NCBI GenBank assembly: GCA_965222115.1
Contig: CBDCTJ010000007.1
Coordinates: 64,001-128,000 of the forward strand
Origin: Planctomycetota bacterium
GTDB taxonomy: Bacteria > Planctomycetota > PLA2 > JAEUHO01
Direction of reading: 5' to 3'
DNA length: 64,000 bases
The position numbers and the translations under genes were made by a program. The number at the start of each line of letters is the position of its first letter. Positions within the stretch are counted from its first letter, which is position 1. Below the pieces are notes generated by a model, which ran no database searches, had not been told where the DNA came from, and worked only from the letters and a program-made list of their open reading frames with translations. Positions 29,015-37,588 of this stretch are shown here, piece after piece.

Positions 29015-29836
29015 GTGAAACTCTCGCTGGTTTTCTATTTCCTGCTCCTGCGCACCGCCGTGGGCACCATCATTTCCTTGCTCCCGCTGATGCGCATGCG
29101 CGCGGCGGAACGACATATTCGTTTCAATTGCGTTTTGGGCCTCGTCTTGGCGGGAGGCGCCGCCGCACTCCACAATTCTGCCGTCGGAAACGAACCGCCC
29201 GAAGGCTGGCCTCGGGGCATCGACGCATTCCTTTCGCTCAAGGGCTCAATGCCCTTGACCGTGGTTCTTTTTTGCATCGGCTGCTTGATCGCCAATGGGC
29301 TCTTCGGCACGTTTCGACGACGGGGTGGTCGCACCCTCTTGATTGCCACGTCCATCGCGGGTGTTGCGGCAACGTTGGGGACCGCACGGTTTAGCCCCTA
29401 TGCCGGTGACCCAGGCGCCCTGACCGTCCTCACGCTCAATGGGCTGCTTGGCGGCCTGTTTATGGGCGCGATCCTCAACGCCATGACGCTGGGGCATTTC
29501 TATCTCATGATTCGCGGCTTGCCGTTGGCCGCACTCAAAAAAGCGGGCTGGTTCGTTGCCGGCGCACTCGTACTTCGCATGCTGCTGTTCGGCTTGGTGT
29601 TGCTGTTCTGGGAAGGCGCCTCCGAGTTGTTGCTTGAGCGTGAGCTCGTGTGGACGGCATGGCGTATTGCCTTCGGATTCATCGGGCCCCTAACGCTGTT
29701 GTGGATGGTGAGCGATACGGTACGACTCAAACACACACAGGCCGCAACCGGTCTGCTCTATGTTGCCGTGGGCTTCGCGCTCATGGGTGAACTGGCCGCG
29801 ATGTATCTCGAAGTTCACACGGGGCTTCCGGTATGA
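29015..29836 (+). CDS. Hypothetical integral membrane protein (about 8 TM)
   Basis: Hydrophobic throughout; motifs AMTLGHFYL and TQAATGLLYVA. The 5' extension of the listed ORF overlaps ridA. Confidence 0.75.
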   Translation: MKLSLVFYFLLLRTAVGTIISLLPLMRMRAAERHIRFNCVLGLVLAGGAAALHNSAVGNEPPEGWPRGIDAFLSLKGSMPLTVVLFCIGCLIANGLFGTFRRRGGRTLLIATSIAGVAATLGTARFSPYAGDPGALTVLTLNGLLGGLFMGAILNAMTLGHFYLMIRGLPLAALKKAGWFVAGALVLRMLLFGLVLLFWEGASELLLERELVWTAWRIAFGFIGPLTLLWMVSDTVRLKHTQAATGLLYVAVGFALMGELAAMYLEVHTGLPV

Positions 29837-30351
29837 CGAAGCAAACGCCTTCGCCCACCGTCGAAGTTGCATGCGCCTGCAAGGACTGTGGCAGTCCGGT
29901 CGAGGGGCCCCTGCGCACCGCAGGACTCCGTTGTTCGTTGTGTTCGTTTCATACCGCGCTACCGGAGGCAGACGAAGCGCGTTCTGCGGTACCCTTCCAA
30001 CCGTGTTGCGTCTGTGGTTCAGACGATCTCTATGTGCAACGTGACTTCAATCGCACGCTCGGTCTCACGTTGGCGGCTATCGGCCTGCTGTTAGGACCCT
30101 GGACACAATGGATCAGCACGATTGTTGCCATTGGTTTGGACGCGCTCCTGTTTCTGCTCGTGCCTTCCGTGGTGGTCTGCTACGCGTGCAACGCGCAGTA
30201 TCGCGGCGTTCCCAAGGCGCAACATCCCGAGCCGTTTGAGATTGCGTTACACGACGTCTACAAGTTCAATCGACGGCATCCGCCGCGGCGTGAGTACGCG
30301 GTGGCAGGGCCCTTACAAAAACGCCTACAAAGCGAGAACACTGAGCGTTAG
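29833..30351 (+). CDS. Cys-rich membrane protein with putative zinc ribbons
   Basis: CKDC, CSLC, CCVC and CYAC around two TM helices; DLYVQRDFN; ATGA-coupled to the upstream gene. Confidence 0.75.
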   Translation: MTKQTPSPTVEVACACKDCGSPVEGPLRTAGLRCSLCSFHTALPEADEARSAVPFQPCCVCGSDDLYVQRDFNRTLGLTLAAIGLLLGPWTQWISTIVAIGLDALLFLLVPSVVVCYACNAQYRGVPKAQHPEPFEIALHDVYKFNRRHPPRREYAVAGPLQKRLQSENTER

Positions 30352-30540
30352 CAGGACGGCATACGAACACGACGCGTACAGGCGACCGCATCGGCCACCC
30401 AGTACGCCAATTCACAGGCGAGACCAACAGGTTCGGTCGATAGAAGGGGAGAGTGGTCGTCGTCTATCGCGCGACGACGTTTCGAAATTTCGACACGGCG
30501 CCCCGTATCGAGGCCGCGACGATACGATTGACCAGAGTTC

Positions 30541-33093
30541 ATGAGCACGCTTGGCGAGTTTGCCCTCCGGCTGTCTGAAGCCACCGATGCGTCCACGGCA
30601 GCGGTGCGTCTAGCGGAATACGCGCGTCAGTTACTTCCCAGCGGCGCAGCCATTCGCGTGTACTTGCTCGATGCCGGAGACCGATGCACGGCGTGCCCTC
30701 GTCGTGCTACGTGCCCCACGCAAGACCTATGCTTTCATCTAGAAGCGAGCTTTGGCGAGTTTGATCGACCCGCTGCCCATGATGAACGGGTGCCGCGTCA
30801 CGACACGCCATGGGGTTCGCTTCTGGATGGGCACTCCATGACGCCCATCACGTCGATACCCGAGGAGCTGGTTGGCGGACCGGATGCCGAATCGGGGTTC
30901 GCGCTCATGGCGCTCGAAGCGGGCGGCGAAAATGTGGGCATCTTGGGCATCCGTGCACACGGGGGCGAACTCGTTTCCGCCGACTCGGACCTGCGCATTG
31001 CTGCCTTCCTGACGGCCACAACGATTCGACTGCTCAGCAGTCTCAGCACATCGAGTCGCCGACTTGAACAGTTGCTCTTGGTCAATGAACTCGGCCGAAA
31101 AGTGAACTCGATCCTGAACGACGAATTGTTGTTACGTCAAGCCGCCGTGGACATCCACCGCACGTTCGGCTTTCACAACGTCATGATCTTCATGGTGGAC
31201 GAGAACCGTGCACGTGCCACGTTGCGCGCACAGGCGTCGGGGTATGCCAATCCCGCGCTGGTTCGCAAGTCCGTGGATGTGGGTGAAGGCGTGGTAGGCC
31301 GTGTACTCGAAACGGGACGCCCTATCATCATCGAAGACGTGGCGCGGGATGAAGCCTACATCAGTTGGTACCCCGATTCGCAAAGTGAGATCGCGGTACC
31401 GATTCAAAATGGCGGTGTCGTAGAAGGCGTGCTCAACGTCGAAAGCGATCAGGTCGGTGCCTTTGGGCCGTCGGATCGACTCGTGCTTGAGACGGTGGCC
31501 AACCAACTGGCCATCGCCCTGGAAAACGCGCGACTCTTTAGCATGGTGAAGGAGCGCGAAGACCGCTACCGCACGTTGGTTGAAAGTAGCCCCGGATCGG
31601 TCCTGCATTTGGATGCCGAGGGCCGCGTGATCTACTCCAACCCAGCGGCCACAACACTTACGGGCTTTGATAAGGCGTACTTCCTCACGAACGGCGCACG
31701 GTTTTCCGATCTTGCCGTGCCCGCCGATCGCGACGGGCTCATTGAGTCGGTGCAACTCGCGCTGCGGGGGATTCCGTGCCGCGATCTTGAGTTTCACATT
31801 ACCCACGCCGACAACAGTGCCCGTTGGGTGAACGCATCGCTACAGCCACTCATCGGTGAAAACGGCGATCCGCGCGGCGTGGTGGTGTTGGCCCGGGACA
31901 AGACGGTCGAGAAAGAACTGCAGGACCGGCTCAACCAATCCGAAAAGCTGGGTGCCATTGGAACGTTGGTTTCGGGTGTGGCCCATGAACTCAACAATCC
32001 GCTGGCGGGCATCTTGGGCTTCGCACAACTGTTGTTGGCGCGTCCGCGCGAGCAGTGGTCCAGCGACGACATTGAGAAGATCGAAGAGAACGCGAAGCGC
32101 TGCCAAACGATCGTTGAGAATCTCCTCGCGTTTGCACGACAGAGTCGCATGCAAAAGCGCATGGCAAGCCTCAACGATGTCATCGAATCGGTCCTCAACC
32201 TCAATGAGTACCAGTTCCGCATGGACAATGTACAGATTGAGCGCGACTTCGATCCCGATGTGCCGTTGTTCCCCATCGACGTCAATCGTTGGCAACAAGT
32301 ATTTATCAACCTGGCGTCCAATGCGCACCAGGCACTCATTCGCACCGAGCAGTCCGCCCGGGTGATACACCTCATTACCCGGCACGAAAACGGCAAAGTT
32401 GTGGTTCTGGTTCGCGATAACGGGCCCGGGATTCCGTTGGAAGCGCAGTCCAAGATCTTTGAGCCGTTTTACACCACCAAAGAAAAGGGAACGGGACTCG
32501 GACTCGGTATCTGTTTCGGCATTGTGGAAGAGCACGGTGGTCACATTGCGCTCGATCCCCATTGGACCGAAGGCGCCGGCTTTCGCATTGAGGTGCCCGT
32601 CGTGGGCGGCGTCTCCCATCGCATCGAGGCACCCAACGTGCCGGAACGCATCTCCACGGACTCGGGGGTGGGCAAGCGCGTCTTGGTCGTTGACGACGAT
32701 CCCTATATCTGTGATGTGGTTACGCGCGCACTTGAAAACCACCACTACGACGTAACGGTGGCCAACGATGGACGCACCGCGCTGGACGCGATGCTGGAAA
32801 CACCCTTTGACGTCTTGCTCACAGACGTACGCATGCCGGGCGAACTGGATGGGATCGATCTCTACGATCGCCTGGTGGCCGACAGACCCGTGTTTCGAAA
32901 CCGCATCATCTTCATGACAGGCAATCTGCTTGACGACCGCACGATGGAACGCCTGGGGGAACTCCCGGTGCGCTGCATCGAAAAGCCGTTCGACATTCAT
33001 CGACTCGCGAAAACGGTAAACGAGGTGTTGGTGCAGAGCCGTGCCGCTGACGAGCGCGGGCAGAACTCGCGCGTCCCACTGCACGGCACCTAG
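30541..33093 (+). CDS. Cytoplasmic hybrid sensor kinase (GAF-like, GAF, PAS, HisKA, HATPase, REC)
   Basis: GEGVVGRV..SEIAVPI (GAF); YRTLVESSP (PAS); GVAHELNNPL; QVFINLASNA; DNGPGI..FEPFYTTK..GTGLGL; VLVVDDD..LTDVRMP..KPF. No TM segment. Confidence 0.92.
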   Translation: MSTLGEFALRLSEATDASTAAVRLAEYARQLLPSGAAIRVYLLDAGDRCTACPRRATCPTQDLCFHLEASFGEFDRPAAHDERVPRHDTPWGSLLDGHSMTPITSIPEELVGGPDAESGFALMALEAGGENVGILGIRAHGGELVSADSDLRIAAFLTATTIRLLSSLSTSSRRLEQLLLVNELGRKVNSILNDELLLRQAAVDIHRTFGFHNVMIFMVDENRARATLRAQASGYANPALVRKSVDVGEGVVGRVLETGRPIIIEDVARDEAYISWYPDSQSEIAVPIQNGGVVEGVLNVESDQVGAFGPSDRLVLETVANQLAIALENARLFSMVKEREDRYRTLVESSPGSVLHLDAEGRVIYSNPAATTLTGFDKAYFLTNGARFSDLAVPADRDGLIESVQLALRGIPCRDLEFHITHADNSARWVNASLQPLIGENGDPRGVVVLARDKTVEKELQDRLNQSEKLGAIGTLVSGVAHELNNPLAGILGFAQLLLARPREQWSSDDIEKIEENAKRCQTIVENLLAFARQSRMQKRMASLNDVIESVLNLNEYQFRMDNVQIERDFDPDVPLFPIDVNRWQQVFINLASNAHQALIRTEQSARVIHLITRHENGKVVVLVRDNGPGIPLEAQSKIFEPFYTTKEKGTGLGLGICFGIVEEHGGHIALDPHWTEGAGFRIEVPVVGGVSHRIEAPNVPERISTDSGVGKRVLVVDDDPYICDVVTRALENHHYDVTVANDGRTALDAMLETPFDVLLTDVRMPGELDGIDLYDRLVADRPVFRNRIIFMTGNLLDDRTMERLGELPVRCIEKPFDIHRLAKTVNEVLVQSRAADERGQNSRVPLHGT

Positions 33094-33185
33094 CTGCGAA
33101 TCAGTCTCAAACCGGAACAGCTTTCAACCCTGAGCGCTGGCGCCACATGTTGCGTCGGCGAACGTTCTGCGGTTCGATCTGCCGT

Positions 33186-34262
33186 ATGGCAACTTCCTAC
33201 TGGGACTACATCCGGGTCGAAGATTTACTCGCGCTGCAAAACGGGCTTGAGGCTCATGACGAGGACAACTCGCGGCACGAACTCGTGTTCATCACGGTGC
33301 ATCAGGTCTTCGAGCTTTGGTTCAAGCTCGTCCTCACCGAACTGGTCGCGCTGCGCGACGTACTGACGCACGATCCGGTGGAAGAGTCTGATGTACCGTC
33401 GGCCGTGACGTCACTTCGACGGCTGTGCACCATCATGGAATCGGCCATCAAACACTTCGACGTGGTTGAGACCATTCAGACAAAGGACTATCTCGACTTT
33501 CGCGACAAGCTCTTTCCCGCAAGTGGCTTTCAGTCTCGGCAAATGCGCGAGATCGAGATCGTGCTGGGGCTCAAAGACGACGAGCGCATCGGGCTCGGCG
33601 AGGACGGCGCGTACCTGCAAGCGCTTCACGGCATGGAGAAGAAGGAAAGCGTGGCCGCCGCGCGTGTGCGCGCCCGCCGTGAGGACAAACCATCGCTCAA
33701 GGATGCACTCGACGGGTGGCTCTACCGAACACCCATTCATGGCTCACAGCCCGGTGACGCCGATGATGACGCAATCGTCAATGCGTTCCTGGCCGACTAT
33801 ACGGCGTCACTGGAAACAGCAACACGCGCTACCCAAGCCGTCGCACTCGCCTCGGGCATTGTGTCGGAAACCGTGCTCGATCGTCGTTACAGTGCCGAGA
33901 TCGCGTCCGCCAAGGCGTTTCTCTATCACGACGATCCATTCGTCCGCCGCGTACGTGCCGCCACGTTGTTCATCGAAAGTTATCGCACGTTGCCGCTCTT
34001 GGCGTGGCCGCGTGAACTCATCGCTGCGGTCGTGCATTTCGAGCAGGCTTTCGTCATGTGGCGTTCCCGTCACGCGCGCATGGTCGAACGCATCATTGGC
34101 CGACGCACCGGCACCGGCGGCAGCAGCGGCGTTGACTACCTCGATGATACCGCCCGCACATACCGCGTCTTCAAGGACCTATGGGCCGCACGCACCTTGC
34201 AAGTGCCCGAACACGCCCTGCCCCCCATCAAGAACCAAGCTTTCTACGAGTTCCGCACCTAA
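33186..34262 (+). CDS. kynA: Tryptophan 2,3-dioxygenase
   Basis: YWDYI..LLALQ, HELVFITVHQVFELWFK, FRDKLFPASGFQS, WRSRHARMVERIIGRRTGTGGSSGVDYL, FKDLW. Confidence 0.93.
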   Translation: MATSYWDYIRVEDLLALQNGLEAHDEDNSRHELVFITVHQVFELWFKLVLTELVALRDVLTHDPVEESDVPSAVTSLRRLCTIMESAIKHFDVVETIQTKDYLDFRDKLFPASGFQSRQMREIEIVLGLKDDERIGLGEDGAYLQALHGMEKKESVAAARVRARREDKPSLKDALDGWLYRTPIHGSQPGDADDDAIVNAFLADYTASLETATRATQAVALASGIVSETVLDRRYSAEIASAKAFLYHDDPFVRRVRAATLFIESYRTLPLLAWPRELIAAVVHFEQAFVMWRSRHARMVERIIGRRTGTGGSSGVDYLDDTARTYRVFKDLWAARTLQVPEHALPPIKNQAFYEFRT

Positions 34263-34264
34263 CC

Positions 34265-34310
34265 CCCGGGGGTACAGCTCGGTGCCAGCTACCGGCGATG
34301 TACCCCCTGG
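34265..34310. terminator. Extended hairpin between convergent kynA and lipoprotein genes
   Basis: CCCGGGGGTACA ... TGTACCCCCTGG with an inner CGGT/ACCG stem. Confidence 0.5.
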
Positions 34311-34329
34311 CGCGTGAGGCCGACGATGC

Positions 34330-35040
34330 CTACTCGGCGCTTACCAGCTCGATGCCACCGCCTTGGTAGTACTCGGCGACGCGGCCGATGCCACGTGAGT
34401 AGAGGATGATGTCGGAGTCATCCGGATCGTCCGGGTTCTCATGAATCTCTAGGCAATCGGAGAACTCGCCGGCAGGCACCGATGCAACGGCGGTGGTGGA
34501 GATGACATGGTAGTAGTCATGTCCATCGGGCCGATAGCCAACAAAAACATCGCCGGCATGAGGTTCCAACACAAACTCGCGCCACGGCGCCGCCCCGTCG
34601 TTGCTCGCGATCCACGAATCGTCCGAGAGCGTCACGGCACCATTGTCGAACTCCCAGGATTCTTCGCCAAATTTCCAGACGTTCCCTAGGGAGTCTTGGG
34701 CGTACCAATGGGTCGTCACCTCCGTCAGTTCTCCGTCTACATAAACGTCCTCGTGAACCGACGAGCACTCAACGTCAAGGATGATACGTCGATCGTCGAT
34801 GGCGCTGACGACTTCGCGAACCGGCAACCCGTCCTTGGTGCCTTCGTAGGTAAGCAAGGCGCCAGGATGAATGGGGAAGTAGGGATGCGTGATATTGGGC
34901 GAGAACGCCATGGCAGTGGGTGGAACGTGACTTGGGCCCCCGCTGCCGCTCCCGCACGCGGTAAAGACCAGGAACGAAGTAAGCAGGATGCCCCATGTGG
35001 CTGGGCGACGCGACAGAGGCAATGGATCGGTGAACATCAT
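34330..35040 (-). CDS. Lipoprotein with one copy of an acidic beta-rich domain
   Basis: Lipobox-like FLVFTAC-GS; HPYFPIHPG, DGELTEVTTHWYAQDSLGNVWKFGE, YSRGIG. Paralogous to 37589..38926. Confidence 0.8.
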   Translation of the reverse strand: MMFTDPLPLSRRPATWGILLTSFLVFTACGSGSGGPSHVPPTAMAFSPNITHPYFPIHPGALLTYEGTKDGLPVREVVSAIDDRRIILDVECSSVHEDVYVDGELTEVTTHWYAQDSLGNVWKFGEESWEFDNGAVTLSDDSWIASNDGAAPWREFVLEPHAGDVFVGYRPDGHDYYHVISTTAVASVPAGEFSDCLEIHENPDDPDDSDIILYSRGIGRVAEYYQGGGIELVSAE

Positions 35041-35106
35041 AAAAATCCTCGGAACACTAGCTGAAACGACGCGGAGACGAACTCACGCAGCCAGATAAGA
35101 ACACGG

Positions 35107-36663
35107 CTAACTTAGGCCTCGCTTACGGTTCGCTGGAATCGGAGACGCAGAGACCGCAACGGTCGATGGCGGTCGTTTCGTAGTAGTTGCAGATTCTGAA
35201 CACGGTGCCGCCACCGCAATGTCGTGAATTGACACTCGGAACTGGGCATCCTCATTTAGATCAATCGAAACACGCCACCGCAAGAGCTGGGCCAATGCGG
35301 TTACCAAGGACAGACCCAACCCCGCGTGATCGCCGACAGCGCGGGCCTCATCGAGGCGCCAAAATGGCTCGGGCGCCCTGGCGATGTCCTGCGCCGTCAT
35401 GGCCTCACACGCATTTGAAATCTCAATCACCACGGAGGCGCCTTCTCCACGTGCTGCACAGTGAACGGGCGCATTCGCCGTTCGGTAAGACAACGCGTTG
35501 TCGAAGAGATTGAGAAGCATGATGGCAAGCTTGGATTCGTCGGCTTCAATCCACAAATTCTGATCGACGTACAGTTGAAGCAGCGCTCCTTCCGATCCCC
35601 ATTCACGCCGGAGGGACGTCACGGCACGATCCCACGCAGTCGCAATGGCATCAGCAAGATGCACGGGCTGGGCCGTTGCACGTTCGATGCCCGCGTCGCA
35701 TCGTGCCAAAAGCAGCAGATCCGCGATCACAGTTTCCATGCCCGTCGCAATCTTCTGAACATCATCAAAGAAGCGCTTGATCGACAACTGATCGCGCGGC
35801 CATCGGGTTGCCACGGAGGCAAGCGTGCGTAGTTCGGCGATCGGCGTACGAAGTTCATGCGCTACGTTTCCGGTAAATCGACGCTCACGCGCCATGGCAT
35901 CTTCGAGCCGCGTCAGTAGCGCGTTGATCTGTTCAACAATCGGCACGATCTCTTTCGGCGCCGATTCCACAGACACGCGGCGATTCAATGTATCGGCATC
36001 TACTGTTCGAACTTGGTCAACCACATCGTCCAGCGGTTTAAGACCATGAACAAGCGCTTGCCAGAGCAACAGGCTCATCAGCGCAAACACACCAAGACCC
36101 ACCGCGCCAAGTGTGCGCAACATCCCCGCAACCAAGTCGTTGAGGGATTCGCGTTCACGCGCAACAAGCAGCACAACATCGGGGACGGATGCCGCGTCTG
36201 CCTGCAGAGGACTGTCTTCGCCGTCATCGCCTGGCTCGGGTTGAGAATGCTTCGGGGTAAACGTCAGTTGAACGACGCGTCCACAGCGGCCATCCGGAAG
36301 CTTGGCATCCCGAAGTAGTGGGGCGCTCGTAGATCGATCGTTCCTAGGCAGCGACACTGTCAGATGCTTTGATCGAAACGAAGGTCGATTCGCGTCGAGC
36401 ACAATTTCGAAGTAGTGCGGGTCTTCGTCTCGCGTGTACTCGGGAAAGGCCTCGGGGGTGTAGTCAAACTCAATTCGCCCCCCTTCCTGCTCGATAAGGG
36501 CCGCCAGTGCACGAGCCTGCGTAACAAGCGCAGCATCGAATGAATCGGTTACGTGCGTTCCGATGCGGTGACCGATAAACACGCCTGCCAGCCCAAGAAG
36601 GACGAGCATGCCCAGACCAATGGCCCAGGCGAGGCGACGACGTAAGGTGGGCGCCATCGTCAC
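35107..36663 (-). CDS. Membrane sensor histidine kinase with HAMP domain (QseC/CzcS/CusS-like)
   Basis: Two TM helices with a periplasmic loop; HAMP (LKPL..PKEIVPIVEQINALL); ERRFTGNVAHELRTP; NLFDNALSY; HAGLGLSLV. Confidence 0.92.
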   Translation of the reverse strand: MTMAPTLRRRLAWAIGLGMLVLLGLAGVFIGHRIGTHVTDSFDAALVTQARALAALIEQEGGRIEFDYTPEAFPEYTRDEDPHYFEIVLDANRPSFRSKHLTVSLPRNDRSTSAPLLRDAKLPDGRCGRVVQLTFTPKHSQPEPGDDGEDSPLQADAASVPDVVLLVARERESLNDLVAGMLRTLGAVGLGVFALMSLLLWQALVHGLKPLDDVVDQVRTVDADTLNRRVSVESAPKEIVPIVEQINALLTRLEDAMARERRFTGNVAHELRTPIAELRTLASVATRWPRDQLSIKRFFDDVQKIATGMETVIADLLLLARCDAGIERATAQPVHLADAIATAWDRAVTSLRREWGSEGALLQLYVDQNLWIEADESKLAIMLLNLFDNALSYRTANAPVHCAARGEGASVVIEISNACEAMTAQDIARAPEPFWRLDEARAVGDHAGLGLSLVTALAQLLRWRVSIDLNEDAQFRVSIHDIAVAAPCSESATTTKRPPSTVAVSASPIPANRKRGLS

Positions 36664-36666
36664 GGC

Positions 36667-37338
36667 CTAGTCCACAATGTAGCCATGGCCGCGCACCGTC
36701 CGCACGACGGGCGTTGGTCCCACGTGGGCAATTTTCTTGCGAAGTTGATGCACGAATACTTCAACGGCGTTTGGCGACCCCCGCTCGGTGTCGGTATACA
36801 AACTGTCCAAGAGTTGTTGTTTCGTGACCACGCGACCGCGGTGACGAACGAGCAGCTCAAGTACCATGTATTCGTTGCGCGTGAGTGAGATGTCGGTTTG
36901 TTCGTAGGCAACCGTGCGACGCGCGGTGTCGATCTGTAGCGGGCCAACGTGCTGAACGGGGCTTTTGGCGCCGTACTTCCGCCGCACTAGTGCCTGCAAA
37001 CGCGCAACCAGCTCATCAAAGTCAAACGGTTTAGTGAGATAGTCATCCGCTCCCAGGCGAAGCCCATCGATGCGTTCACGCACTTGATCTTTGGCTGAGA
37101 GAATTAGGACATGGAGACGACTCCCCTCGCGACGAAGCGTCCGCAAGACCTGCACACCCGTCATACGCGGAAGCATGAGGTCCAACACCATGGCGTCATA
37201 GCTTCCGTGCCGGGCATAGGACAACCCCTCTTCGCCATCGGCACATACATCAACGGTGAATCCCGAGCAACGAAGCCCGTGCTGTAGCGCGCGTCGCAGT
37301 CGTTCGGAATCTTCGACAACTAGCACTCGCAAGGTCAA
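36667..37338 (-). CDS. OmpR-family response regulator
   Basis: VLVVED, LDLMLP, GADDYLTKPF, LTRNEY, VEVFVHQLRKK, RTVRGHGY. Confidence 0.95.
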   Translation of the reverse strand: MTLRVLVVEDSERLRRALQHGLRCSGFTVDVCADGEEGLSYARHGSYDAMVLDLMLPRMTGVQVLRTLRREGSRLHVLILSAKDQVRERIDGLRLGADDYLTKPFDFDELVARLQALVRRKYGAKSPVQHVGPLQIDTARRTVAYEQTDISLTRNEYMVLELLVRHRGRVVTKQQLLDSLYTDTERGSPNAVEVFVHQLRKKIAHVGPTPVVRTVRGHGYIVD

Positions 37339-37588
37339 TACTCCAATCCGTCATCACGCCGCGGTATGCACTCGCGCGCCGCCGCATGCGCTGCAGAGGT
37401 AGTGTGCGGGCAAAAACTTAGGATCTGCTGGGAATCAGACGATTCGTCGTACTTCAAATTAGCGAACACAAGTAGCTGCCTGCGTGGCATCGAGATGGCA
37501 GGCGGAGGCCAACGCCCCCGCCCACCCGTTACGACGCACACCACACGCGAACCGTCGCTCGCGTGCGGGCGCGAAGTCAATGTCCGTT

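Noticed and set aside
31840-33084. Long antisense ORFs (this 414-aa one; also 10945..12006, 22192..23229, 53441..54340, 56113..56865)
   Set aside because: They are shadows of well-supported genes in GC-rich DNA and carry no recognisable motifs.
34694-34707. 14-bp match (TCTTGGGCGTACCA) to the 3' end of tRNA-Arg, suggesting an att site
   Set aside because: It is inverted relative to the tRNA, lies inside the conserved WYAQD codons of a lipoprotein, and there is no integrase in the window.
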